Assembly: GCA_016181305.1 (NCBI GenBank)
Contig: JACOZN010000013.1
Span: 15,686 to 79,685, forward strand
Direction of reading: 5' to 3'
DNA: 64,000 nt
DNA from: Candidatus Woesearchaeota archaeon
GTDB lineage: Archaea; Nanobdellota; Nanobdellia; Woesearchaeales; GW2011-AR4
Numbering within the stretch: the first letter of the stretch is position 1; each line of letters starts with the position of its first letter. Shown here in pieces: positions 9,314-18,543 of this stretch. Below the pieces are notes generated by a model. That model saw only the letters and a program-made list of their open reading frames with translations. It was not told the DNA's origin and searched no databases. The translations under genes and the position numbers were made by a program.

Positions 9314-9694
9314 ATGAAGAGGATAATACTTGACACAAATTTTTTGCTTATACCCATTCAGTTCAGGGTAGACATATTTTCAGAGCTTGGCAGGATATGC
9401 AATTTCAACTACAACCTATGCATTTTTGAGCAGACAATAAGCGAACTCAAAAATATCATTGAAAAGCAGTCAGGAAAAAGCAAAAAAGCCGCCCAATTTG
9501 CCCTGAAGCTTATAAGGCTTAAGAATATTGGAATAATCAAGTCAGGGCAAAAGGATACTGATTCATTGATTTTGGAAAATCTGGACAAAAACACAATAGT
9601 GGCGACACAGGACATTGAGCTTAAAAGGCAGCTGCTTAAGAAAGGCACTTCTGTGGTTATACTAAGGAAGAAAAAATACCTCGAGCTTTACTGA
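9314..9694 (+). CDS. PIN-domain protein (Fcf1/Utp24-like)
   Basis: IILDTNFLL, DTDSLIL, VATQDIELK; usual position upstream of rpoE1. Confidence 0.9.
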   Translation: MKRIILDTNFLLIPIQFRVDIFSELGRICNFNYNLCIFEQTISELKNIIEKQSGKSKKAAQFALKLIRLKNIGIIKSGQKDTDSLILENLDKNTIVATQDIELKRQLLKKGTSVVILRKKKYLELY

Positions 9695-9769
9695 AAGAAA
9701 GCTTTATAAATGAGGCTCTTATCCTGGAAAGCATTGACTAGTTGAAGTCATTTAATAATTGAGGGCAAA

Positions 9770-10378
9770 ATGTTCTATAAAACTGAACTGAAAGACTATA
9801 TCAGGGTGCCTCCTAACTTATTCAGCATGCCGCTGGAGGAGGCCGTAATCAAGAGGATAAAGACAAAATACAGCGGCTTTATCTCAAAAGACCTTGGCAT
9901 CGTCATAGATGTTGCAGGAGTCAAGGAAATAGGCGAGGGCGTGATAATAGCAGGAGACGGCGCTTCCTACTACAACGTCATGTTCGAGCTTTTGACTTTC
10001 AAGCCTGAGATGCAGGAAGTCGTGCTTGGCAAGATAAAGGACATTGCCGAATTTGGAGCTTTCATCAACATAGGGCCAATAGACGGCATGATTCACATAA
10101 GCCAGACTATGGATGATTTTGTGAGCTTCAGCAAGGATAAGTCACTCACAGGAAAGGAGACAAAAAGGGTTTTGAAGGTTAATGACTTGTGCCGGGCAAG
10201 GATAATAGCGGTCTCGTTCAAGGATATGCTTAACCCCAAGCTTGGGCTTACAATGAGGCAGCAGGGCCTGGGGAGAATTGACTGGGTAAAGGAAGACATA
10301 GAGGAAAAAGCCCCGAAGAAAGATGAAAAGGAGGGCAAAGATAAGGAGCCAAGGGAAAAGAGGGAGCATAAAAAATAA
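9770..10378 (+). CDS. rpoE1: RNA polymerase subunit E'/Rpo7
   Basis: IRVPP start, S1 domain EFGAFINIGPIDGMIHISQ, LGLTMRQQGLG. Confidence 0.97.
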   Translation: MFYKTELKDYIRVPPNLFSMPLEEAVIKRIKTKYSGFISKDLGIVIDVAGVKEIGEGVIIAGDGASYYNVMFELLTFKPEMQEVVLGKIKDIAEFGAFINIGPIDGMIHISQTMDDFVSFSKDKSLTGKETKRVLKVNDLCRARIIAVSFKDMLNPKLGLTMRQQGLGRIDWVKEDIEEKAPKKDEKEGKDKEPREKREHKK

Positions 10379-10399
10379 TCAAAACAAGGTGTTTTAACC

Positions 10400-10585
10400 A
10401 TGAAAAAAAAATCATGCAAAAGATGCAAAATGCTTGTTGAAGGCAGCGAGTGCCCTGTCTGCAAGACAAACCAGTTTTCAACGAACTGGCAGGGGCGCCT
10501 GTACATAATTGACCCCAACAAGTCAATAATAGCAGAGAAGATAGGGCTTAAGGCCAAAGGCGAATACGCAATCAAGGTGAGGTAA
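10400..10585 (+). CDS. spt4: Transcription elongation factor Spt4 (RpoE'')
   Basis: CKRC..CPVC zinc finger, WQG, SIIAEKIG, GEYAIKVR. Confidence 0.96.
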   Translation: MKKKSCKRCKMLVEGSECPVCKTNQFSTNWQGRLYIIDPNKSIIAEKIGLKAKGEYAIKVR

Positions 10586-10590
10586 TCCCC

Positions 10591-10887
10591 ATGCAGCTGA
10601 ATGTAACAAGCAAAAAGGAAGAGCCGTTGCTTTCAAGGACAATGGTAAAGGCAACCCTGGATTTCGAAAAGGCAACGCCGTCCTATAATGAAGTTACCTC
10701 CCTGCTCGCAACGCAGATGAAAACCGACGAAAAATTGATTGCGATAAGGCATGTTTACAATTCATTCGGCGCAAGAAAAGCGGATGTTACAGCATACATC
10801 TACAATGACGAAGCCAAGAAGCAGCTGATCGAGCCGAAGCTGAAAGAGAAAAAGGACAAGAAGGCGAAAGAGGCAAAGAAAGCGTAA
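10591..10887 (+). CDS. rps24e: 30S ribosomal protein eS24
   Basis: EPLLSRT, TPSYNEV, SFGARKADVTAYIY; operon position. Confidence 0.9.
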   Translation: MQLNVTSKKEEPLLSRTMVKATLDFEKATPSYNEVTSLLATQMKTDEKLIAIRHVYNSFGARKADVTAYIYNDEAKKQLIEPKLKEKKDKKAKEAKKA

Positions 10888-10925
10888 ATCAATAAAATAT
10901 ACAAAATCAAGCAATCCAGTTAAAA

Positions 10926-11105
10926 ATGGCCAAAGAAGCAAAGAAAAAATCCAAAGGCAAGTGGAATTTATACCAAGTGTCAGGCAGCAAAATTGAAAGG
11001 AAAAACAAATCATGCCCGAAGTGCGGCTCCGGGACATTCATGGCAAAGCATGCAAGCAGAATGTACTGCGGGCAATGCCATTATACGGAATTCTCCGGGA
11101 AATGA
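10926..11105 (+). CDS. rps27ae: 30S ribosomal protein eS31 (S27ae)
   Basis: Not in ORF track; manual translation ...KNKSCPKCGSGTFMAKHASRMYCGQCHYTE. Confidence 0.96.
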   Translation: MAKEAKKKSKGKWNLYQVSGSKIERKNKSCPKCGSGTFMAKHASRMYCGQCHYTEFSGK

Positions 11106-11147
11106 CGTTTACAAAAATATAAATAGATATTCTAAACTTATTACTTT

Positions 11148-11597
11148 ATGTCTAAAAAATCTCTAAAAGAAAGTAATAAAGACTATTTTATAATATGCCC
11201 CAGATGCGGAAGCACTAATGTATATCACGACTTAAGTAAAGATATGATGGCATGGGGTGCTCCCACTAGATGGTTATGCAAAAATTGTGATTACTCTGCA
11301 ATTGTATTCCCTAAATTACACAAATCCAAAATAGAAGAATTCAAAAAGAAATTACAACAAAGAACTAAAGAACAAGCAGAAATTATAAATAGATCAACAA
11401 TCACAAAAGGATTTGTAAATAAAAAATTTAATACTATATTGTTAGTTATTTATGTGATTAGCATACTAATTGGTTTGATAATGTTAATTGATTATATTAT
11501 AAAAAATCAGAACTATGCATTATTTGTTTTTATTTTGTTGCTAATTTTCACAATTTCTATAGGAGTTTTTTTGAATAAATTAATTAAAGATTTTTAA
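11148..11597 (+). CDS. AT-rich zinc-ribbon plus 2-TM membrane protein
   Basis: CPRCGS...CKNC and two C-terminal hydrophobic helices; visibly more AT-rich than neighbours. Confidence 0.75.
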   Translation: MSKKSLKESNKDYFIICPRCGSTNVYHDLSKDMMAWGAPTRWLCKNCDYSAIVFPKLHKSKIEEFKKKLQQRTKEQAEIINRSTITKGFVNKKFNTILLVIYVISILIGLIMLIDYIIKNQNYALFVFILLLIFTISIGVFLNKLIKDF

Positions 11598-11605
11598 AAT
11601 AAAAA

Positions 11606-12496
11606 CTAATCTTTCCCAAACTTCTGGAACACAAGCAAATCCTCTGTAGTCAATTTTTCCTTTCTCTTTATTTTTTCATTGACAGCGTCTTCCTTTGACT
11701 TCAGGAATGACTCAACTTCCTGCCTCTTTTTTTCCCTTCTGTCAGAGCTTATCCTGTCCAATGAGGCTTTAACGTCATTCATAGCCTTCAGCTTTTCCTT
11801 CAGTTGGGAATTTACATCGCTGAACTTTGACTTTAGCTCGGAAAATTTCCTGAAAACAGCTTCTTCCTCAATTTTCATCTTGTCAATCTCGGCAGAAAGC
11901 TTCAGAATGCCCTCATGCAATATTTGGCTTTGGTGCGCTTTTTCCTGCACTAGCTTGTGGATATCATTTGCCTCTTTTTTCATCCTTTTGATTTCATCGG
12001 AGGAATTCTTGAGATTTTTATCGGCATCGTCAATGGCCTTAGAATCCTCATATAATTTTTTCAATTGCTTTATCTTTTTCATCAGCTCTTTTTCTTTTTC
12101 AAAAGAGCTTGTTTCGGTTTCAATCCTGAACTCCAGCTTTTCAATGTTCTGCTTTATCCTGGATGGGGGTTCTTTGATATCGAGAGATTTTGCAATGCCC
12201 AGCTTTTCTTTTTTCAGCCTGTCAAACTCCTTTAATTCGCCGTTTATATCCTTGTTTATGGCATCCCTTTTCGGCTTCAGCTCCCTGACCTCTTTTGTCA
12301 AAAAGTCCCTCTTGGCTTTGCTGTACTTTATTGCTTGTATTGAATCCCGTATCTTCTTTGAGAATTCTTCCTTTTTCTTAAACCAGGATTCTTTTTCTTT
12401 ATCGAGTTCGTTAAGGGCATTCCTTAATTTAGATGCCTCTATCCTGTGCCTGTTAAGTTCCTCAACTAGCTCTTTCGGGCTTTGCTGCAATGTCAT
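11606..12496 (-). CDS. Archaeal coiled-coil protein (COG1340-like)
   Basis: All-helical K/E-rich 296 aa ending in KLTTEDLLVFQ; lies next to rpl12. Confidence 0.8.
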   Translation of the reverse strand: MTLQQSPKELVEELNRHRIEASKLRNALNELDKEKESWFKKKEEFSKKIRDSIQAIKYSKAKRDFLTKEVRELKPKRDAINKDINGELKEFDRLKKEKLGIAKSLDIKEPPSRIKQNIEKLEFRIETETSSFEKEKELMKKIKQLKKLYEDSKAIDDADKNLKNSSDEIKRMKKEANDIHKLVQEKAHQSQILHEGILKLSAEIDKMKIEEEAVFRKFSELKSKFSDVNSQLKEKLKAMNDVKASLDRISSDRREKKRQEVESFLKSKEDAVNEKIKRKEKLTTEDLLVFQKFGKD

Positions 12497-12525
12497 GAAT
12501 TTGATATGTAAATTCCAGCATTTAC

Positions 12526-12843
12526 TCAGCCGAATAAAGCTCCCAAGCCGGCTGCTGCAGCTTCCTCTGATTTCTTCTCTTCAGCTGCCTTCTTTGCATG
12601 GTCTGCCTTTGCGTCATGCTTTGCCTCATGAGTTCCAGCTGCTGCCGGAGCTGCAACTGCAACAGGCATTGCCGCCTTTTCGATTGCCTCTTCTATGTTG
12701 ACTCCTTCCAAGGCTGCAACCAATGCTTTGGCTCTTGCATCGTCCACTTTCACATGGGCTGCCTCGAGCACCTTCTTTACATTTGCTTCGTCTACTTTTT
12801 GCCCTGCCTTGTGAAGCAACATAGCTGCGTACACGTATTCCAT
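12526..12843 (-). CDS. rpl12: 50S ribosomal stalk protein P1/L12
   Basis: [11 protein letters not shown]...[10 protein letters not shown]. Confidence 0.98.
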   Translation of the reverse strand: MEYVYAAMLLHKAGQKVDEANVKKVLEAAHVKVDDARAKALVAALEGVNIEEAIEKAAMPVAVAAPAAAGTHEAKHDAKADHAKKAAEEKKSEEAAAAGLGALFG

Positions 12844-12899
12844 TTTAGTTACCTCCTAATAATCTGATTTTTTAGTTTTTAATCAAATCCAACATCAAA

Positions 12900-12943
12900 A
12901 GCGGATTACTTTTATCGCCTATGCAGCGCAAAGTCGCTCTCGT
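12900..12943 (-). ncRNA. ACGAG bulged-hairpin motif, copy C
   Basis: ACGAG AGCG ACTTT [17 nt] AAAGT AATC CGCT; same geometry as three other copies. Confidence 0.75.
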
Positions 12944-12998
12944 GTTTGATTTAATTTGTTTTATTGGAATTTTTTTTATTGTTATGGACTATTCTAAA

Positions 12999-14111
12999 TT
13001 AACTTTTATCCTTTTTATCCTGCCCTTCTATTGCCTTTTTATGTATATCGTGATAAATATTTTCCACTTGCTTGACTTCCTGCTGCTTTTCCCTCATTTT
13101 AATGTTTGCTTCAAGCTCTTCTCTTGTCGGAGCTTTTATTTCTGCTGATTCGTGTTTTTCTGCCATTTCTTTTTTTTCTGCTGGCTGCTCATGCTTTTCT
13201 TCTTTGCGCTCTGCTTGAATTTCGTGCTTAGTTTCAACAACTTCTATGTTTGCAGTTGTTTTCAGGCTGAGCATCTGCTGCTGGGCTTTGCCGAGCAGGA
13301 AATCAATGATTCCTTTATCAAAAATATTCTGCGCAATGCCAATCGCTTTTGCATCGTTGTAGGCTTTCCCAATCAGCAGGTTTATGTTGCTTTTTGTTGG
13401 ATAGCTTATGCTGAAAGCAAGGTTGAATGCCCATCTTGAGGCATTGCTTAGCCTGTTTTTGTACTCGGACTCGTCAACCGACAAAACATCTCTTGTGTAG
13501 ATTAATCCATTTTCATAGACAGCAACCAAGTCCAAGCCAACTTCCATTGGCTGTATTCCCAGCCTTGTCAAAATCTCTGCAACCTTTGGCTTTATCTTTT
13601 CCCCTGATTTTACAACAACAACGTCTTCTTTTATGGCAACCTTGCCGCCTTCGACTCCTGACTTTATGCCAGCCATTGCAAGCTCTCCAATTATCGGGCC
13701 AGGCGCAAATGAGGTTGCTCCTTTGTTGACAATGATGTCCCTTGGAGCTGTTTGATTGGCTTTTGCAGGAGCTGGACTCTTGCTTTTCTGCAGGGTTTTG
13801 CTCAGCTTGAACGGATTTTCCTTTGTGAAGATTAAAGCAGGCATTCCGCCAAGATGCGCTTCAATGCTTTCAATGCCTTTCTTTTTTTGCTTTGTTGCTG
13901 CAATGGCAAGCTTCATCAGCCTTCTTTTTGTCATTGTCATGACGAATTTTCCCCTTAATTGCGCACGCATGGTTTGCAGCTGCGGAGCAGGCAAATTTTC
14001 CATGTTTACAACTGCTATGATGGGGTACTCACTGATGAGATTTATGAGATTGCCTACAATTTCCTTTTTGTAGTCAGCTACATGAGCCTGCACTTTTGAT
14101 ATTTGTTCCAT
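12999..14111 (-). CDS. rplP0: 50S ribosomal protein uL10/P0
   Basis: QLQTMRAQLR, PAPAKANQTAP, TSFAPGPII. Confidence 0.97.
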   Translation of the reverse strand: MEQISKVQAHVADYKKEIVGNLINLISEYPIIAVVNMENLPAPQLQTMRAQLRGKFVMTMTKRRLMKLAIAATKQKKKGIESIEAHLGGMPALIFTKENPFKLSKTLQKSKSPAPAKANQTAPRDIIVNKGATSFAPGPIIGELAMAGIKSGVEGGKVAIKEDVVVVKSGEKIKPKVAEILTRLGIQPMEVGLDLVAVYENGLIYTRDVLSVDESEYKNRLSNASRWAFNLAFSISYPTKSNINLLIGKAYNDAKAIGIAQNIFDKGIIDFLLGKAQQQMLSLKTTANIEVVETKHEIQAERKEEKHEQPAEKKEMAEKHESAEIKAPTREELEANIKMREKQQEVKQVENIYHDIHKKAIEGQDKKDKS

Positions 14112-14112
14112 T

Positions 14113-14793
14113 TTATTTTGTTTCTTTTACTACCTCTATCTTTTCTCCTACCTTGACTGGCTTTCCCATTGTGAGCTTGATGTAGGTGTCCTTTATGTTG
14201 TGCTTTTCATTCGGCAGGGCTTGCAATAATGAGCTGTAGACAGTCAATGCGTTTTCAGCGATGTCATTCGGCTTCATGTCCTCTGTGCCGATTGCGCATT
14301 GGATTAAAGGGGCGCTTTTTGTTGTGGCCCTTACTGTGCGCTGGAGCTTTTCATACAACGGCTTTAGGTTTGCATTGGGAGGGACAACTGCCCCTGATTT
14401 TGGGTTCGGCATCTTGCCTCGTGGTCCAAAAACCCTTCCAAATGCAGTTGCAACCTTTGGCATTATGTTTGCCTGGGCAATGAAGAAATCAAAGCTGTTT
14501 GCAAGCTTCTTCACTTCCTTTTTGTCCTTGTATTTGTCAAAGCTGTCAGAGAGAATTGCAGAGTCGCAGACATTTTTTGCCTGGGTTTCCAGTTCAGCAG
14601 CAACCAATGCGCATACCTTTACTTTCTTGCCTCTTGGATGGGGCAGTGTAATGAAAGTGTCTACCTGGTGCTCCTGCTTCTTGACATCCAATCCCTTTAA
14701 GTTTATGATTAAGTCAAAGCTCTGCCTGAAGTTTCTCCTTGTAGAAATATCCTTTGCCTTGGCTATCGCAGCCTGTACCTGCTCTTTGTCCAT
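14113..14793 (-). CDS. rpl1: 50S ribosomal protein uL1
   Basis: RNFRQSFDLIINLK, GRVFGPRGKMP, IKLTMGKPV. Confidence 0.98.
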   Translation of the reverse strand: MDKEQVQAAIAKAKDISTRRNFRQSFDLIINLKGLDVKKQEHQVDTFITLPHPRGKKVKVCALVAAELETQAKNVCDSAILSDSFDKYKDKKEVKKLANSFDFFIAQANIMPKVATAFGRVFGPRGKMPNPKSGAVVPPNANLKPLYEKLQRTVRATTKSAPLIQCAIGTEDMKPNDIAENALTVYSSLLQALPNEKHNIKDTYIKLTMGKPVKVGEKIEVVKETK

Positions 14794-14954
14794 TTATGTC
14801 CCTCCTACGCTAGGTAGTCTTAATCGGGTTATATGGAAGTGGAATGTTAAGGGGTTTTTAAATGTTATTATGCAAATTTGGTTTTTAGAAGGATTTATTA
14901 TGCAAAGCCCATTTTTCCGAAACATTTATATTTTACCACTCCATCAAATATACT

Positions 14955-15146
14955 ATGCCTAAAAAATCTAAATTGAAAGTAATGAAGTTCAAAGTATTAG
15001 TTGAAAAAGACGAGGATGGTTATTATGTAGCTGATGTGCCAGAACTGCAAGGCTGCCACACACAAGCAAAGAATAAAAAGGAGCTTATGAAAAGGGTGAA
15101 GGAAGTGATAGCTTTATGTTTGGAAGATAATTCTTCAGATTTTTAA
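14955..15146 (+). CDS. HicB-like (UPF0150) antitoxin, no HicA partner seen
   Basis: FKVLVEKDEDGYYVADVPELQGCHTQAK...EVIALCLE. Confidence 0.88.
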   Translation: MPKKSKLKVMKFKVLVEKDEDGYYVADVPELQGCHTQAKNKKELMKRVKEVIALCLEDNSSDF

Positions 15147-15256
15147 ATTTGGCTATTATACAAATTCTAATCACACATTGTGTGTTTATGTCTTGAATTT
15201 TCATTTTCCACAACCTTTATAAACATAAATTAACCTTCATCTGCTTAGGGGTGCTT

Positions 15257-17215
15257 ATGAAAAAAGAAAAATCATTAAACAAACTGCTGTCTTCGAAAAA
15301 AGCGCAGACTCTTCTTGGGCAGCAGTTGAAAGAGGAAATCGCCCAAAGGCAGGAAAAAAAGGCAAGCATTCTAAGTAAAGTAAACTCCCCAAGAGACCTG
15401 AAAAGGCTGAGCAGGCAGCAGCTTAAAATCCTTGCCCAGGAAATAAGGAACAAGATAATAGAGGTTGTGTCAAAAAACGGCGGGCATCTTGGAGGGCCTT
15501 TAGGGGCAGTTGAACTCACTTTAGCAGTCCATTACGTCTTTAATGCGCCTTACGACAAGATTGTAATAGACACAGGGCATCAGTCATATCCCCACAAGCT
15601 TGTGACAGGAAGAAGGCAAAATTTCCACACTTTGAGGCAGTACAAGGGAGTTTGCGGGTTCTGCAACATTTTTGAATCAGAGTATGATGTTTTTGGCGCA
15701 GGGCATGCCTCAACAGCAATATCAGCAGCTTTGGGAATTGCAAAGGCAAGGGACTATCAAAGCCAAAAGCACAAGATTGTTGCAATTGTCGGAGACGGGG
15801 CTTTGACAGCAGGCTTGGCTTTTGAAGGCTTGAACAATGCCGGCTACTCAAAAACAAGCATTTTGGTTATACTAAATGACAACAGGATGTCAATAAGCCC
15901 AAATGTTGGTGCTATTTCAAGCTACTTGAACAAGATTGTCCTGAAGCCGGGATATTTTGAACTCAGGAAAAGAACAAGGGAATTGCTTGAGAAAATACCG
16001 GGCATTGGCAGGGAAGAAATTGACAAGGTTTTCAAGATGCAGGAAAGGCTGAGGACAATCACAAACGAGGGTATATTCTTTGAAAGCATGGGCTTCCAGT
16101 ATTATGGGCCAATTGACGGGCACAACATTGACGAGCTTATACTGGCGCTGCAGAATGTTAAGGACTTGAAAGGCCCTGTTTTGCTCCATGTAAAGACAGA
16201 AAAGGGCAAGGGATATGCTTTTGCAGAGAAAGACACTGATAAGTTCCACGGAATGTCGCCATTCGACCCTGTAAACGGAAGCAAGTATGTCACAACAACA
16301 AAGATGACTTATACAGATGCATTTGCAAATGCGCTGATAAGGATTGCCGAGCAGGACAAAAGGGTTGTTGCGATAACTGCGGCAATGAAGTCAGGAACAG
16401 GCCTAAACAAGTTCGAGAAGCATTTCCCTGAAAGAACAATTGATGTCGGCATTGCAGAGCAGCATGCGGTTACTTTTGCTGCAGGGCTGGCAATTGCAGG
16501 AATGAAGCCTGTGTGCGCGATTTACTCGACATTTTTGCAAAGGGCTTATGACCAAATCATCCATGATGTATGCCTGCAAAATCTTGGAGTCATATTTGCA
16601 TTGGACAGGGCAGGGCTAGTGGGAGATGACGGGCCAACCCATAACGGCCCTTTTGACATTGCTTATTTCAGGGCAATCCCGAACATCACAATAATGGTGC
16701 CAAAGGATGAGAATGAATTGCAGCACATGCTTTACACTGCAACATTATTGAAGGGGCCGTGCGCCTTAAGGTATCCAAGAGGAAACGGGATTGGAGTTGG
16801 CCTGGATTCGGAGTTCAGAAAGCTCGAAACGGGAAAAGGGGAATTGATCAAGGAAGGCAAGGACCTGCTGATTATTGGCATAGGGCCTATTCTGTACGAT
16901 GCGATGCAGGCAGTTGAAGAGCTTAAGTGCAGCGCAGCAATAATCAACGCGAGGTTTGCAAAGCCACTTGACGAGGAATTAATTCTAAGACATGCGAGAA
17001 AAATAATAAATATAATAACACTGGAAGAAGGGGCTTTAAATGGCGGCTTTGGAAGCGCTGTTTTGGGGCTGTTAAACAAAAATAAAATAAAATCCAATGT
17101 AAAAATCATCGGAATTCCTGACAATTTCATAGAGCACGGCAAGCCCGACATACAGAAAAAATTGGCTGGCATCGACAGGGAAAGCATCAAAAAGGCAATA
17201 CAGGAGGCAATTTAA
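15257..17215 (+). CDS. dxs: 1-deoxy-D-xylulose-5-phosphate synthase
   Basis: GGHLG, DTGHQSYPHK, GAGHASTAISA, GDGALTAG..NDN TPP motif, IAEQHAV, DGPTH. Confidence 0.98.
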   Translation: MKKEKSLNKLLSSKKAQTLLGQQLKEEIAQRQEKKASILSKVNSPRDLKRLSRQQLKILAQEIRNKIIEVVSKNGGHLGGPLGAVELTLAVHYVFNAPYDKIVIDTGHQSYPHKLVTGRRQNFHTLRQYKGVCGFCNIFESEYDVFGAGHASTAISAALGIAKARDYQSQKHKIVAIVGDGALTAGLAFEGLNNAGYSKTSILVILNDNRMSISPNVGAISSYLNKIVLKPGYFELRKRTRELLEKIPGIGREEIDKVFKMQERLRTITNEGIFFESMGFQYYGPIDGHNIDELILALQNVKDLKGPVLLHVKTEKGKGYAFAEKDTDKFHGMSPFDPVNGSKYVTTTKMTYTDAFANALIRIAEQDKRVVAITAAMKSGTGLNKFEKHFPERTIDVGIAEQHAVTFAAGLAIAGMKPVCAIYSTFLQRAYDQIIHDVCLQNLGVIFALDRAGLVGDDGPTHNGPFDIAYFRAIPNITIMVPKDENELQHMLYTATLLKGPCALRYPRGNGIGVGLDSEFRKLETGKGELIKEGKDLLIIGIGPILYDAMQAVEELKCSAAIINARFAKPLDEELILRHARKIINIITLEEGALNGGFGSAVLGLLNKNKIKSNVKIIGIPDNFIEHGKPDIQKKLAGIDRESIKKAIQEAI

Positions 17216-17216
17216 A

Positions 17217-17489
17217 ATGCCGCATGAACTTCATCCAAAAATGAAAAAATCTGAATGCCCGCATAATTCCGAAATTAAGATTACCAAATCAAGCAAGAAG
17301 GAATGCGAGGTTTGCGGCGACAAGGAGCATCTTAGGATTTGCACGTCATGCGGCAAAGTTCATTGCTGTGAATCGCATCAAGCGCACGACACAGAGCATT
17401 CCAGGAAAACAGGGCATCCTATAATCAAGACAATACACTGTGATTATGATTTCATTTGGTGCTATAAGTGCAATGCTTATTTGGTTTGA
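17217..17489 (+). CDS. Stand-alone UBP-type (ZnF-UBP) zinc finger protein
   Basis: CPH...CEVC..LRICTSCGKVHCCES..AHDTEHSRKTGHPII..WCYKC pattern. Confidence 0.88.
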   Translation: MPHELHPKMKKSECPHNSEIKITKSSKKECEVCGDKEHLRICTSCGKVHCCESHQAHDTEHSRKTGHPIIKTIHCDYDFIWCYKCNAYLV

Positions 17490-17563
17490 ATTTGATATAA
17501 CTACAATAAAACATTGATTATAAAAATAATTCAAAACATTAAACTAAAAATAAATAAAAAATA

Positions 17564-17607
17564 ACGAGAGCGTCCTCTAAAAGTAATTGTAAAGGAGGAA
17601 ACCCGCT
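17564..17607 (+). ncRNA. ACGAG bulged-hairpin motif, copy A
   Basis: ACGAG AGCG TCCTC [17 nt] GAGGA AACC CGCT; 38/44 identical to copy B. Confidence 0.75.
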
Positions 17608-17634
17608 GATGTTTACTCAACTAAAAAAAATAAA

Positions 17635-18543
17635 ATGCTACAAAGAAGAAACTCAAGAAAAGTAAAAGTCGGAAAATTGCACATTGGGGGAGATGCGCCG
17701 ATAACAGTCCAGTCAATGACAACCACTGATACAACTGACGTAAAGGCAACTATCAAGCAGATTCAAGGATTGGAAGATGTTGGCTGCGATATTGTGAGGG
17801 TTTCTGCGCCTACAATGGAGGCTGCAAAGGCGTTGAAAGAAATTAAGGAGAATATAAGCATTCCTCTTGTTGTTGACATTCATTTTGATTACCGCATAGC
17901 GTTAGAGGCGGTAAAATATGTTGACAAGTTAAGGATTAATCCTGGCAACATTGGAAACACTGACAAGGTTCAGCAGGTTGTAAATGCGTGCAAAAATTAT
18001 GGAGTTTCAATGAGAATTGGAGTGAATCTTGGCTCTCTTGAGAGGGATTTGTTTGAAAAGTACGGGTACGCGCCTGAGGCAATGGTTGAAAGCGCAATGA
18101 GGCATGTCAAAATTCTTGAGGACTTGGATTTTTACAACACAATCGTTTCATTGAAAGCATCTGATGTCACTAGAATGGTGAAAGCGTATAGATTGTTTGC
18201 AGAAAAAACTGATTATCCGCTGCATCTTGGGGTTACAGAAGCAGGAAGCAAGATTCCAGGGACTGTGAAGTCAGCAATATGCGCAAGGACAGAGGTTGAT
18301 GTGATTAAACTGGTTGAGCAATTGGAAAATGCAACTGAAAGGGTAAAAAAGCCGATAAAGGTTGCAATCATGGGATGCGCTGTCAACGGGCCGGGCGAAT
18401 CACGAAAAGCTGACATCGGGATTGTAGGCGCTCCTGGAAATCATTTGTTGTACAAGGAAGGCAAGATTGTAAAAAGAGTCAATGACAATGAGATTTATGA
18501 AGTTCTTCTGAAGGAGATAAATGAGATGGAGAATGGTAAATAA
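17635..18543 (+). CDS. ispG: HMBPP synthase IspG with an in-frame internal deletion
   Basis: VQSMT, VDIHFDY, RINPGNIG, RIGVN.GSL, PLHLGVTEAG, MGCAVNGPGE; GTVKSAI joins directly to CARTEV. Confidence 0.92.
   Translation: MLQRRNSRKVKVGKLHIGGDAPITVQSMTTTDTTDVKATIKQIQGLEDVGCDIVRVSAPTMEAAKALKEIKENISIPLVVDIHFDYRIALEAVKYVDKLRINPGNIGNTDKVQQVVNACKNYGVSMRIGVNLGSLERDLFEKYGYAPEAMVESAMRHVKILEDLDFYNTIVSLKASDVTRMVKAYRLFAEKTDYPLHLGVTEAGSKIPGTVKSAICARTEVDVIKLVEQLENATERVKKPIKVAIMGCAVNGPGESRKADIGIVGAPGNHLLYKEGKIVKRVNDNEIYEVLLKEINEMENGK

Noticed and set aside
11679-12701. 340-aa plus-strand ORF and other long antisense ORFs (e.g. 14261-14962, 34963-35769, 52106-52936)
   Set aside because: F/S/L-rich shadows of K/E-rich genes on the opposite strand; no independent motifs.
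17564-17607. ACGAG motif as twister ribozyme, K-turn, C/D box RNA or BHB splice site
   Set aside because: Lacks twister pseudoknots, tandem GA pairs are not conserved across copies, no paired C and D boxes, and the bulge is 4 nt with the wrong handedness for BHB.
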